A stretch of 50,473 nucleotides of DNA. It comes from Coleofasciculus sp. B1-GNL1-01 (GTDB lineage Bacteria > Cyanobacteriota > Cyanobacteriia > Cyanobacteriales > Coleofasciculaceae). A model generated the notes under the pieces. It saw nothing but the letters and a program-made list of their open reading frames with translations, searched no databases and was not told where the DNA came from. Location of the stretch: assembly GCA_040220235.1 (NCBI GenBank), contig JAVJTO010000015.1; one strand, 5' to 3'. Shown here one piece after another: positions 9,343 to 18,757 of this stretch. The position numbers and the translations under genes were made by a program. How positions within the stretch are numbered: position 1 is the first letter of the stretch; each line of letters opens with the position of its first letter.

Positions 9343-9561
9343 CGATATTTAGGCGGGAAAATATTTAACTGAAATATTGGGTGGGGTGCAAAAGCGCAAT
9401 TGAATAAAGAGCGCACGTTGGCTTTTGGCGTCAACTTACTTCCATTCCGGCATAAAACTATGGAACTAAAATCTAGCACTGATAAGAATTTCAGCCATTA
9501 ACAGTACCTAATCTTATAGTGGGAAGGGAGTAAGCTCAAAACTGTGCAATATCTTGAGACC

Positions 9562-9601
9562 GACCCCTCCCTAACCCTCCCCTTGGCAAGGGGAGGGAAC
9601 T
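9562..9601. repeat. Cyanobacterial palindromic dispersed repeat
   Basis: CCCTCCCCTTG-GC-AAGGGGAGGG hairpin preceded by CCCCTCCCTAA. Confidence 0.6.
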
Positions 9602-9688
9602 CGAAACGCGATCGCTCCCCCAACGATCTTTCCCAAGCCTGATTCTCTCTTTACTCATTTTCATTAAACTCCAACAATTGAATGGAAG

Positions 9689-10669
9689 TTATCGCGTTTG
9701 AAAAATGTTTTGAACCATCGCCTTATCTAAACTTGCCGCCACTTGATCCAATTCAGTAATCTCACCAGCACTCAATTGCCATCCCAACGCACCAATATTT
9801 GCCTGTGCCTGTTTCATCGTCTTTGCACCAGGAATAGGCAAAGTTCCTTTACAAATACACCAATTAATCGCCACTTGCGCCATGGTTTTCTCTCTGGAGG
9901 AGGCGATGTCTCGTAAACACCCTAAAAGCGGTTGGATTCCGGGTAATAGCTGCTTAAATAACAAACGGCGTAACCCTTTCGGTAATAAACCTTTCTCAGA
10001 ATACTTTCCCGTCAACAATCCTAACGCCAGAGGGCTGTAGGCAATCAGTTGAATTCCCAGTTGATCACAAACGTCTTTGATACCCAATTCGGTAACAGGA
10101 TAAGTAGACAATAGTGAATACTGAACTTGTAACGTAGCAATCGGAACCCCTCGCTCTTTAAACTTGGGATAAATTTCTTGGAGTCGTTTGGGTCCATAAT
10201 TAGAGAGTCCAACACCCTTAACCAGTCCCTTTTCGTAGAGATCAGCTAGACCATCCAAAAGCCATTCTTCTTGCCACGGTGCATAATTAGCAGTAGACCA
10301 ATGCATCTGTGCTAAATCAACATTTCGTCCCAATCGTCGTGCAGAGGCTTGACAGGCGGATACCATTGAGCCGCGTGTCAATCGCCAGGGATAGGCGGCT
10401 AGCTTGGTGGCAATGCATAGGTTCTCTTGGTTTATACCAGAATAGTCGCTAGAGAACCGTCCCAGGAGTTGCTCACTGCGTCCATTCAGTCTACCTGTTC
10501 CATAAGAATCACCCGTATCAAATAAGGTGACGCCGTTGCTTACACACAGATTAAAGACAGCTTGCAACTCGTCATCCATGCTTTCGTCGTACCCCCAGAG
10601 TAGTCGGTTTCCCCATGCCCACGTTCCGCAGCCCATGGTAGGAAGGGAGAGTTTTTGGCTAGTCTGCAT
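9689..10669 (-). CDS. Aldo/keto reductase (pyridoxal reductase PLR1-like subfamily)
   Basis: GCGTWAWG, FDTGDSYG, IATK, QMHW, GVGLSNY, AYSPLALG, PIPGAK; N-terminus resembles plant PLR1 as recalled. Confidence 0.9.
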   Translation of the reverse strand: MQTSQKLSLPTMGCGTWAWGNRLLWGYDESMDDELQAVFNLCVSNGVTLFDTGDSYGTGRLNGRSEQLLGRFSSDYSGINQENLCIATKLAAYPWRLTRGSMVSACQASARRLGRNVDLAQMHWSTANYAPWQEEWLLDGLADLYEKGLVKGVGLSNYGPKRLQEIYPKFKERGVPIATLQVQYSLLSTYPVTELGIKDVCDQLGIQLIAYSPLALGLLTGKYSEKGLLPKGLRRLLFKQLLPGIQPLLGCLRDIASSREKTMAQVAINWCICKGTLPIPGAKTMKQAQANIGALGWQLSAGEITELDQVAASLDKAMVQNIFQTR

Positions 10670-10682
10670 AATCTTACAGAAT

Positions 10683-10836
10683 TTGACATTCCCCGCCCTA
10701 CAAGTGCGGGGATTCTTTGTTCATCGACTCAACTTGCTGTCACCTGGAAAACTGGCGAATAAATTTTCTGTCTGGACGATTCGCTCGGTTTCATCCCTCG
10801 GTTAAAACGCGAGGGAGCCTGCACCATCGCTTATCT
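10683..10836 (-). mobile_element. Miniature non-autonomous IS200/IS605-family element (PATE-like)
   Basis: On the minus strand: TTAC target (10837-10840), left-end hairpin CCCTCGCGTTTTAACCGAGGG-ATGAA, right-end hairpin GAATCCCCGCACTTGTAGGGCGGGGAATG ending in TCAA; no tnpA/tnpB ORF. Confidence 0.7.
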
Positions 10837-10844
10837 GTAACGGT

Positions 10845-11873
10845 TTAGAACAAATCGCCAAATTCTGCCTTTAAATCCCGCTCCATCAACGCTTCTACCG
10901 CCTCTTGGGGTGTAATTTTATGGTTGAGTAGGCGATAAACTTGCCGACAGATGGGGATCGGGATCTGCTCGCGATTGGCAATTTTAACCAATACATTGGC
11001 TGTGTTGACCCCTTCGGCGGTACTTTGCAATTCTTCGAGAATTTGCTCCAATTTTTTCCCTTGGGCTAAACCGTAACCAACGCGATAATTCCGGCTGAGT
11101 ATACTACTACAAGTGGCTAGCATATCGCCCAAGCCTGATAATCCGAAGAAGGTTTCCGTTTGTCCGCCTAAGTGTGTCCCCACCCGGATGATTTCAGTTA
11201 ACGCCCGGGTAATCAGGGCAGATTTAGCGTTGGTACCCAATTTTAGACCATCACAAACCCCAACCGCGATCGCAATCACGTTTTTCAGGGTGCCTCCCAG
11301 TTCCGTACCAATGGGGTCGGGACTGGTGTACACTCGGAAAAGACTGGAGGAAAATACTGTTTGCACTTCCTCCGCCGCTGCCATATCTTTACTCGATACC
11401 ACGGTGGCGGCGGGAAGTTCTTGTTCAATTTCTTTGGAGAGATTGGGACCCGAAAGTACCACTACCGGATGGTTGGGAAAGTCGGCTTCCCAGATTTGAG
11501 AAGGGGTACGGGTTGTTTCTGGGTCTAATCCCTTGGTGGCGGTAATAATTGTCACATAATCCGGTAAACCAATCTCTTGAATCTTCGCCGCTGTCGCCGC
11601 CACCCCTTTCATGGGAATCGCGGAGACGAGCATATCAATGTCTGCTAATACCTCTTCTAGGGATTCGGTGCTACTGCGAGACCACAGTCGCACCTCATGG
11701 TTCTTATGTCTGGCAATTGTTGCCAAACCTTGACCCCAAGCGCCCGTCCCCAGAATCGCGAGGGTGGCTTCGGGTGCCGGTCTCCGATGAGATAGGGCAT
11801 GAGCTTGACTCGCTTGGGGGGTTGTATCTGCTCCAGATGAGCTGGATTGAGAGTTTGAGAGGTTACTTACCAT
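10845..11873 (-). CDS. gpsA: NAD(P)H-dependent glycerol-3-phosphate dehydrogenase
   Basis: ILGTGAWG, TKGL, LSGPN, ELGGTLKNVIAIA, GLGD..TC..SRN, EGV. Confidence 0.96.
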   Translation of the reverse strand: MVSNLSNSQSSSSGADTTPQASQAHALSHRRPAPEATLAILGTGAWGQGLATIARHKNHEVRLWSRSSTESLEEVLADIDMLVSAIPMKGVAATAAKIQEIGLPDYVTIITATKGLDPETTRTPSQIWEADFPNHPVVVLSGPNLSKEIEQELPAATVVSSKDMAAAEEVQTVFSSSLFRVYTSPDPIGTELGGTLKNVIAIAVGVCDGLKLGTNAKSALITRALTEIIRVGTHLGGQTETFFGLSGLGDMLATCSSILSRNYRVGYGLAQGKKLEQILEELQSTAEGVNTANVLVKIANREQIPIPICRQVYRLLNHKITPQEAVEALMERDLKAEFGDLF

Positions 11874-11953
11874 AGATGTTATCGGTTGAATTCAATAATT
11901 TCTAGGTCAAAGGCAAAAGAACGAACAATTGTCTTTTGCCTTTGCTGATCGGA

Positions 11954-13642
11954 TTAACTTACGGGTTGGGTTTCTTTCTGAGTCGCCATCACGTAATCGG
12001 GAATACAATTGGCTTCCATGAAAGCGCGATAGTCCTCAACTTGGCGATCGCACTCCGCCGAACTCCAGCCGCCATATCGAGACAGGGTGTCCGTCAAAAC
12101 GGGCAGAATATCAAAGCCATAGTTGGTATGCATGGCTAGGCTAGTCCGGCGACGGGCAATATCTACCAACGTCCGCGCAAATTCCGACTGCACCGCATAA
12201 ACAATCTGGGCTTTAATATCGGGCAATTTGGGGGTAATTGCTTGTGCCAATTCCGGTTCTTCGTCGGTTAAGGCTAAAATATCCAATGCCTTAGCACCAT
12301 AGATATCAAACAGGTGATGGATGGTCGCCAAGGGTAATGTGGTGCGATAGTCTTGCAGCGCTTTTTCTAGACGCGGATCACTGGGTAAAATGGCTCCCGG
12401 CAAGGGTTTCTCGTAGGTGGGGCAAGGGGGGGCGGAGCGTCCCAACTTGCGATATACTTTATTCACCATCTCTTCACCCACTTGGCGATAGGTGGTGATT
12501 TTGCCGCCAATTAGAGAAATCAGATTACTCACACCCTCTGGGGTATGGTCATAGAGAATATGGCTGCGGGTGACACTTCCCGGTTTCTTCCCCTCTGCAT
12601 TGGGCAAAGGACGCACCCCAGCATAAGTAAACTTCACATCTTGGCGGGACAATTGGGCAGTGGGCAGAATTCGATTGGTTTCGGTGAGTAAATAATCAAT
12701 TTCCTCGTTGTCTGCCTTAATTGAGTCAAGAGAACCTTGATGTCGCAAATCAGTCGTGCCAATCAGATACATGCCCAACCACGGCACAATAAAAAACGGA
12801 CGACCATCCGTTTTGGCTTCTACATACAAGGTTGTTTCCGGTGCGCCAGGGAAGGGAGGGACAATGATGTGACTTCCCTTGGTCGGACCGAGTTTTTTAT
12901 CCTTACCAATGGGCGCTGATTGTCCATTTTTCACCCCAGACTGACAAACCTTATCCACCCAGGGACCGGCTGTATTGACAAATACGGCGCGATCGCTCCC
13001 TCGAACGGTGAATTCTTCGCCAGTTAAGGCATCTTTGCAAGTAATGCTGGCGATGCGACCCTCTTGGCGCTGTAACTGGGTAACTTCTGCATAGTTGAGA
13101 ACCGTTGCTCCCGCTTGTTCAGCACAGATAATATTCTCTAATGCCAAACGCTCTGCATACGCCACCTGACCGTCATAATATTGCGCTCCACCGACTAAAC
13201 CATCGGGATCAATATGGCGAAATAGCTGCTTAAACTTCTTTTTGGGCAGCATCCGGTGGGGTAGCAGTGTTTTCTCGAAGCTCAAAATGTCATAGAGCAG
13301 CATCCCGGCTTGAATTTTCCAATAGGGACGAGAGCGATCGCTGTAGATCGGAATCGTCAGCATTAGGGGCTTGACTAAGTGGGGGGCTGTATGCAGGAGG
13401 ATTTCTCGCTCCCGTAACGATTCCCGCACTAGGGCAAATTCAAAATATTCTAAGTAGCGCAAGCCACCATGAACTAATCGCGTTGACCAACTGGTCGTAC
13501 CGCCGCAGAAGTCAGCCTTCTCCAGCAAAATCGTTTTAAGACCTCGCAGAGCCGCGTCTCTGACGACGCCAGCACCGTTAATGCCACCTCCAATGACAAT
13601 TAAATCGTAGGTTTGGCTCTGGATGGTTTGAAAATCACGCAT
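11954..13642 (-). CDS. glpD: FAD-dependent glycerol-3-phosphate dehydrogenase
   Basis: DLIVIGGGING, GTTSWSTRLVHGGLRYLE, KGSHI, YAGVRPL, GGKITTYR; likely ATG at 13642 (MRDF). Confidence 0.95.
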   Translation of the reverse strand: MRDFQTIQSQTYDLIVIGGGINGAGVVRDAALRGLKTILLEKADFCGGTTSWSTRLVHGGLRYLEYFEFALVRESLREREILLHTAPHLVKPLMLTIPIYSDRSRPYWKIQAGMLLYDILSFEKTLLPHRMLPKKKFKQLFRHIDPDGLVGGAQYYDGQVAYAERLALENIICAEQAGATVLNYAEVTQLQRQEGRIASITCKDALTGEEFTVRGSDRAVFVNTAGPWVDKVCQSGVKNGQSAPIGKDKKLGPTKGSHIIVPPFPGAPETTLYVEAKTDGRPFFIVPWLGMYLIGTTDLRHQGSLDSIKADNEEIDYLLTETNRILPTAQLSRQDVKFTYAGVRPLPNAEGKKPGSVTRSHILYDHTPEGVSNLISLIGGKITTYRQVGEEMVNKVYRKLGRSAPPCPTYEKPLPGAILPSDPRLEKALQDYRTTLPLATIHHLFDIYGAKALDILALTDEEPELAQAITPKLPDIKAQIVYAVQSEFARTLVDIARRRTSLAMHTNYGFDILPVLTDTLSRYGGWSSAECDRQVEDYRAFMEANCIPDYVMATQKETQPVS

Positions 13643-13706
13643 GATCCAGTTTGAGTAACATCTAACTTCCACAGTAGTCGCGACGGCGGCAAATTAGTAA
13701 TCGATA

Positions 13707-13761
13707 GGGGAGATAAGGGCGACAAGCAGACAAGAGAAGGGAGAGAAGGAGGACAAGAAGA
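13707..13761. repeat. Degenerate 9-mer purine-rich tandem repeat
   Basis: GGGAGATAA GGGCGACAA GCAGACAA GAGAA GGGAGAGAA GGAGGACAA. Confidence 0.55.
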
Positions 13762-13837
13762 ACGTTAATTCAAACACTCAACACGTTCTCCCGCTCCCCT
13801 GCACCCAGACGTGCCGTGGCACGTCTGGAACATCAGC

Positions 13838-15346
13838 TTAAACAGCTACGGCTTCCTGTTGCTTCGCTGTTTCATGTTTGGTTTTCTCGAACATTTCAAA
13901 CAAGTGATCTGCCCAGCACTGAATGTCGTATTTGGTTACGATGTCATACATTTTCGCCATCCGTTCCTTTTGCTCTTCAGGGGACATGGTCAGCGCTTGC
14001 TCAATCGCTTCATCCATGCGATCCATTGAGTAGGGATTGGTCAAAATGGCATCGGGAAGTTCGACGGCTGCACCAACAAATTCAGAGAGGACTAATACAC
14101 CTTCTTTTTTCTCGTGAGTGATGATATATTCCTTCGCTACTAGGTTTAAACCATCTCTCAAAGGAGTTGTCCAGCAGATATCGGCGGCTTTGTAGTAACA
14201 GAGCAAATCCGGTAAAGGAACGGGTTGGGTATAGAGCATAATCGGTAGCCAGTCTAAGTTCCCATACCGCCCGTTAATTTTTCCAGCTAATTGCTCAATC
14301 TGAGTTTGGGCAGTTTTGTAGACGCGCATTCCAGACGCCGACGCCACACAGGTGACCAGCATGTTAATTTTGCCATGCAAGTCGGGACGACGCTCTAACA
14401 GGCGTCCATAAGCTTCTAGCTTCTCACGAGTGCCTTTTACATAGTCCACTCGTCCGGCTGAGATAATTAACTTGCGATCGCCTAAGCTTGCCTTAATTTC
14501 CGCAAACCGTTTTTGAGTTTCTGGCTTATGCAGGATAGAGAGAATTTGTTGGGGATTGGCTCCAACCGGGAAGGGATCGATGTTAACTAACTGATCCTTG
14601 TATCGTAGCTGGGTGGTCATTTCTGGCTCAGCCAATGCGATTCCCGTAGGGGTAATATGATCAGGTACGGGTTCTTTCTTGACAATTTCCACCGGGCGTA
14701 GGCTGCGAGCCACATTGACGAAATTCTCTGAATAGCGCGGAATATGGAAGCCGACGATATCGCAGCAGAGTAAACTATCGGTAATTTCTTCCCGCCAAGG
14801 TAAGATATTGAAAATATCCACCGAAGGGAAGGGAGTGTGATGGAAGAACGCAATCCGAGCATTCGGCTTTAGCTGCCGGATGTAATAGGGCGCTAACCAT
14901 AGATTGTAGTCATGCACCCAAATTAGAGCATCATCTGCCGCTTCGTCACAGGCGGCTTCGGCAAATAGGCGGTTAATCGTGTGAAAGTTTTCCCAATCCG
15001 AGGTTTCGTAAGTGAAGTGATAGGGGAAGGAATGCAGAATGGGCCAAAATGCTTCTTTCGAGGTGATGTGATAGAAATGCTTGACCTGATCGGCGGAGAG
15101 GGGAATCCGGCGAACGTTGTAGTTTGCTTCACCTTCAACAACAATCCGCTGTTCAAAGTTATTTCTTTGCTTAGCATTCACCTGTTTCCAAGCAATCCAG
15201 GTGCCTTGATTGACGCCAGCAAAGAAGCTTTTCAGGGTTGGCACAATCCCATTGGGGCTTTTCTTTGCCCGATAATGCACTTTGCCATTTTCCACGACCT
15301 CATCATAAGGTTCGCGGTGATAAAGGATAACGAGTGATGATTTCAT
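13838..15346 (-). CDS. ggpS: Glucosylglycerol-phosphate synthase (GT20)
   Basis: MKSSLVILYHREPYDEV, WVHDYNLW, FFHHTPFP, GRVDYVKG, PLRDGLNLVAKE; GGAGG RBS; adjacent to glpD/gpsA. Confidence 0.96.
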   Translation of the reverse strand: MKSSLVILYHREPYDEVVENGKVHYRAKKSPNGIVPTLKSFFAGVNQGTWIAWKQVNAKQRNNFEQRIVVEGEANYNVRRIPLSADQVKHFYHITSKEAFWPILHSFPYHFTYETSDWENFHTINRLFAEAACDEAADDALIWVHDYNLWLAPYYIRQLKPNARIAFFHHTPFPSVDIFNILPWREEITDSLLCCDIVGFHIPRYSENFVNVARSLRPVEIVKKEPVPDHITPTGIALAEPEMTTQLRYKDQLVNIDPFPVGANPQQILSILHKPETQKRFAEIKASLGDRKLIISAGRVDYVKGTREKLEAYGRLLERRPDLHGKINMLVTCVASASGMRVYKTAQTQIEQLAGKINGRYGNLDWLPIMLYTQPVPLPDLLCYYKAADICWTTPLRDGLNLVAKEYIITHEKKEGVLVLSEFVGAAVELPDAILTNPYSMDRMDEAIEQALTMSPEEQKERMAKMYDIVTKYDIQCWADHLFEMFEKTKHETAKQQEAVAV

Positions 15347-15587
15347 GCAACTACCTCCAGGTGTTTACCATTAAAATTGGTACTATTCCCGATCCCAATG
15401 CAACTTGGATGGGAATATAATTTGATAGCTTCGATAAATTTAGGGTTGTCGAGTGTCCACAGTTATGATTTTCCCTTTTGACTTCCTACTTACTCTAATG
15501 AGTATCTACTCAAAAATGACTCAATCGTTGGCTGGAAAACCCAGTCAGTCAATATTCTCCTGATGGGAAGTCAAGATTGAACGCATT

Positions 15588-15680
15588 ATATCAAGTCCGG
15601 TGAATTGCCCCTAATAACAATGCTTTAACCACAAGGGTTTCGGGCTTTTTTATTAAGGGTGATGGGTCCGGACATCATAT
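15588..15680. repeat. MITE-like element with ATATCAAGTCCGG...CCGGACATCATAT ends
   Basis: 13-bp imperfect terminal inverted repeats around an AT-rich core. Confidence 0.6.
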
Positions 15681-16280
15681 TACCCGTGTTACTTATATTA
15701 CCAACAATGATGTTTTTGAAGGTTGCAATAGATAAGGTCAGGGTTGTAATATCTGAGCGCTGTAGCATTGCCGATATTGGTTTAACCCAGGCTGTTGCTG
15801 ATTGCAATCCCCTAAAATCCACCGATTTAGAGCGATGGCAACTCGTTGAAACAGATTGGAAGTCATTATTAGATCGAAAATACTCTCAACAGTCTAGTTT
15901 TTAGTTTTGATGACAAAACCGCCAATGTACGGACTAAGTTGGCTATGCCATCAAATCCTAGGGGAATTGTGTTCAACCTCGATTAGTATTTGCCGTACTC
16001 AGTACTCTGCCCATAGGACTAACGCCGTAGCAGGTTGGCAAGAGTTTACTTGAGCCAAAGCTAACAACAAAACTGGGATACCTCAGAATTCAACAATAGT
16101 CTGACATCCAGTGGACAAGGATTCATCACTTACACTCTGGTTATGGATGATATCTGCCACCGGCAGGTTTCCTTATCGAGCAGCTATCTGTAGCTACTAT
16201 ACTATAAAAGTATAAAAAAGTGTAAATTTTAGTAAAATTTAGCAGAATGCTTTGTCCCACATTGTTAGCGATGCAGGGAG

Positions 16281-16336
16281 ACGAGGGAGATGAGGAAGCA
16301 AATGACGAATGACAAATGACGAATGACAAATGACAA
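16281..16336. repeat. 9-mer repeat plus STRR heptamers (CAAATGA/CGAATGA)
   Basis: CAAATGA CGAATGA CAAATGA CGAATGA CAAATGA immediately after the response regulator stop. Confidence 0.8.
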
Positions 16337-17002
16337 TTAAACTATCCCTGATCGCAACGCCACCACCGCCGCTTGTACCCGGTCATCTACCGAAAGTTTG
16401 TTCATGATCCCGCGTACATGGGTTTTAACGGTATTGGCGCTGAGGTAGAGTTTAGCGGCAATCTCTGGATTACTATTGCCTTCTACGATCAGTTTTAAGA
16501 CTTCTAGCTCCCGCTGTGACAAATTGGAAACATTGCCTGTGGGAGAAGGGGGAGACAGATGCTTGAGAACTTGACGACCAATTTGAGGATCGAGGTACGT
16601 TGCACCTTCAGCCGCCGCTGCGATCGCCTGGAGTAATCGTTCTACACTTGATCCTTTAACACAATAGGCATCAGCACCGCTAGAAAGTGAGGCAATAATT
16701 TCGCGATCGGTGGTATGAGAGGTGAGGATGACCACTCTCACCTCAGGGAGTTCTGCTTTAATTTGCTGAGTAGCAGCAATCCCATCTAAACGCGGCAAAC
16801 CAATATCCATGACCACGATATCAGGTTGGAGTTGTTTGGTCATTTCCACGCCCATATAGCCATCTTCAGCTTGTCCCACCAGTTCAAGCTGGGGGTTAGT
16901 GGATAAGGATTGTTCTAAGCCAAGCTGCATCATGGGATCATCTTCCACAATCACAACTCGCAAAGGTGTGGAACTTGTTGGGGAATTCGTCGGGGAGGGC
17001 AT
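16337..17002 (-). CDS. NarL/LuxR-family response regulator
   Basis: REC (VVIVEDD, VVMDIGLP, ILTS, YCVK) plus HTH LSQRELEVLKLIVEGNSNPEIA..TVKTH; ATG at 17002 likely. Confidence 0.93.
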   Translation of the reverse strand: MPSPTNSPTSSTPLRVVIVEDDPMMQLGLEQSLSTNPQLELVGQAEDGYMGVEMTKQLQPDIVVMDIGLPRLDGIAATQQIKAELPEVRVVILTSHTTDREIIASLSSGADAYCVKGSSVERLLQAIAAAAEGATYLDPQIGRQVLKHLSPPSPTGNVSNLSQRELEVLKLIVEGNSNPEIAAKLYLSANTVKTHVRGIMNKLSVDDRVQAAVVALRSGIV

Positions 17003-17582
17003 GTAGCTGTAACCAAAAAGCTGGACAATTTTACCCATTGTTACCCAAAATTGGGTAGATATTTGTTCTGATAGAATGGGTTCGCCAAGAGTATGTATAC
17101 TTTATTGGTATACCTATCCAGCCAAAAACCAAGGTTAGGTAGGTGAAAAAATAGCCGCCAGTTAGGTGGTGTTAGCCTGTGGACTGGTTGAGTGCCGTCA
17201 CCGCTAGGGTGAAGCAGGAAGTAAGCGTCAGGGATGTCCACGCTTTGGGCAACTTTGGGTAAGTCTTATGTAACGGAAGTTCTGAGGACATGGTGAGTAC
17301 CCAAGCAACGCGATCGCACTTCCGTATTTTACGATTAAATTGGGCAGAGGTGCGCCCAATTCAATTGTAAAATCGATTCCACTATTTTCGCTGTGTCACA
17401 CCAATAGTAGGTTAGCCTGTCGGGTTTCGCGATCGCTCTACCTATATCTACAAGAACGTTTTGTGCTTTCACGCTCCATTCTCCTACAGGGAATGGCACA
17501 CTTTATAGTCGGTGATGCGAAAAATGATGGCGAAGATAGCGCCACTACGAACCCATTTTGCGGCGATGCGGATTGGCAGCTA

Positions 17583-18083
17583 TCAGTTCTCATCGGGTAG
17601 TGGGAGACGATACTGACGAGCAATGTAATAGAAAAAGCGATAGTAATCAGCAAATTGTTCGCTCTCACAGCGTCCCTGCCAGTTGTAGTTTACATTTTCC
17701 TGGGTCAGGGTCAGTGTCATCACACTGATATCAGAGTCAACGTCTACCTGAAGTTTACCTGTTTCACCTTGTTCAGTGAAGAAATTTTGAGGTTGAGATG
17801 GATTGAGTGGTTGGGATGTACTCTCAGGTGATGGGGTTCCTAGTTGGGCAAATTCTGCCCATCCCCTAATCTCACAGTTGGGATTCTCAGGATCACGAAA
17901 GGCTCGACCATCAAGATTGTCGGGTATGGGAAAGGGTATCCAATTGTTGGGATAGAGGAACTCAAAGTTGAAGCGGGAGTTGCGGTAGGTGTTCCAGCTT
18001 TCTGGCAAATCCACATTAGTACCCTGGCAGCTTAAGAGCAAAACAGCCAGTGGCGCGATTCGAGCAATGAATTTCCAGGTCAT
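17583..18083 (-). CDS. Hypothetical lipoprotein
   Basis: Lipobox LLLSC after a short signal peptide; WNTYRNSRFNFEFLYPNNW recalls PsbP-related N-termini. Confidence 0.75.
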   Translation of the reverse strand: MTWKFIARIAPLAVLLLSCQGTNVDLPESWNTYRNSRFNFEFLYPNNWIPFPIPDNLDGRAFRDPENPNCEIRGWAEFAQLGTPSPESTSQPLNPSQPQNFFTEQGETGKLQVDVDSDISVMTLTLTQENVNYNWQGRCESEQFADYYRFFYYIARQYRLPLPDEN

Positions 18084-18182
18084 TTGTCTTTAGTCATTTG
18101 TCTTTAGTCATTCGTCCTTTGTTCATGCATGGTTCATTGTTAATCCTCTTCCCCAGCTTCCCCATCTCCCCCATCTCCTCCA
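18080..18182. repeat. STRR heptamers and CCCCATCTC 9-mers
   Basis: TCATTTG TCTTTAG TCATTTG TCTTTAG TCATTCG, then CCCCAGCTT CCCCATCTC CCCCATCTC. Confidence 0.7.
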
Positions 18183-18257
18183 ATCCGCCTGATCCAGCAT
18201 CAGAACCGGACAATGTAAAGAAATATTACAAAAATGCCGTCATGCTGGCTTACTGTA

Positions 18258-18286
18258 TTGACAGCCAAGGAGAATACCGTTAATCT
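18258..18286 (+). promoter_or_regulatory. Putative sigma70-type promoter of the slr0373-like operon
   Basis: TTGACA-N17-TAATCT, 35 nt upstream of the ATG at 18322. Confidence 0.6.
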
Positions 18287-18321
18287 GGCATACATACCCG
18301 GGTAAAACGATTGAAAATAAT

Positions 18322-18672
18322 ATGCAAGACAAGCAAAAAGTTACGTTGTATCTCCCACCAGGACTTCATCGCCAGCTCAAAATCCGAGCAGCCGTTGACT
18401 CAGACTCAATGTCGGCGATGGTCGAGAGAGCAATCGTATTCTATCTACACCACCCGGAAGTGGTAGACGAGGTAGAAGCATCCTACGGGAATACTCATCG
18501 GGTATACAATTGCCCCGAATGTTCTAGCTCAGTTGTTATTCAAGATGGAGATATGGTTGCCCTAAAAAATCAGCCCAGCCTTCTGGATGATGAACTGCCT
18601 GTCGAGAAAGTGCGAGAAGAAGTTAAATCCCGTACAGATTCTCAGGGCGAAGAGGAACTTGTTCCTTGTTGA
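18322..18672 (+). CDS. Slr0373-like protein (RHH-like N-terminus, CxxC motif)
   Basis: KQKVTLYLPPGLHRQLKIRAA and CPEC; first gene of the trio with Ycf46 and DUF1257. Confidence 0.8.
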   Translation: MQDKQKVTLYLPPGLHRQLKIRAAVDSDSMSAMVERAIVFYLHHPEVVDEVEASYGNTHRVYNCPECSSSVVIQDGDMVALKNQPSLLDDELPVEKVREEVKSRTDSQGEEELVPC

Positions 18673-18757
18673 TAGTGTTACAAAAACAGCTAACTGCGAG
18701 AGTTCTATTAATGATGTTTGGGCAGTGGTTGTGCCGTCTCTAAGTAGGTCGATAGTC

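Noticed and set aside
15659..15904. Possible GgpR-like regulator upstream of ggpS
   Set aside because: Its start lies inside the MITE-like repeat at 15588-15680 and I cannot recognise similarity to GgpR; left uncalled
17041..17600. Short ORFs between the response regulator and the lipoprotein
   Set aside because: No motifs or RBS and mutually overlapping; no gene or RNA can be supported here
18215..18229. NtcA-like palindrome upstream of the slr0373-like gene
   Set aside because: Spacing is GTA-N9-TAC, not N8
18587..18757. Longer start for the AAA ATPase
   Set aside because: It overlaps the upstream gene; family-like sequence begins at ATG 18758
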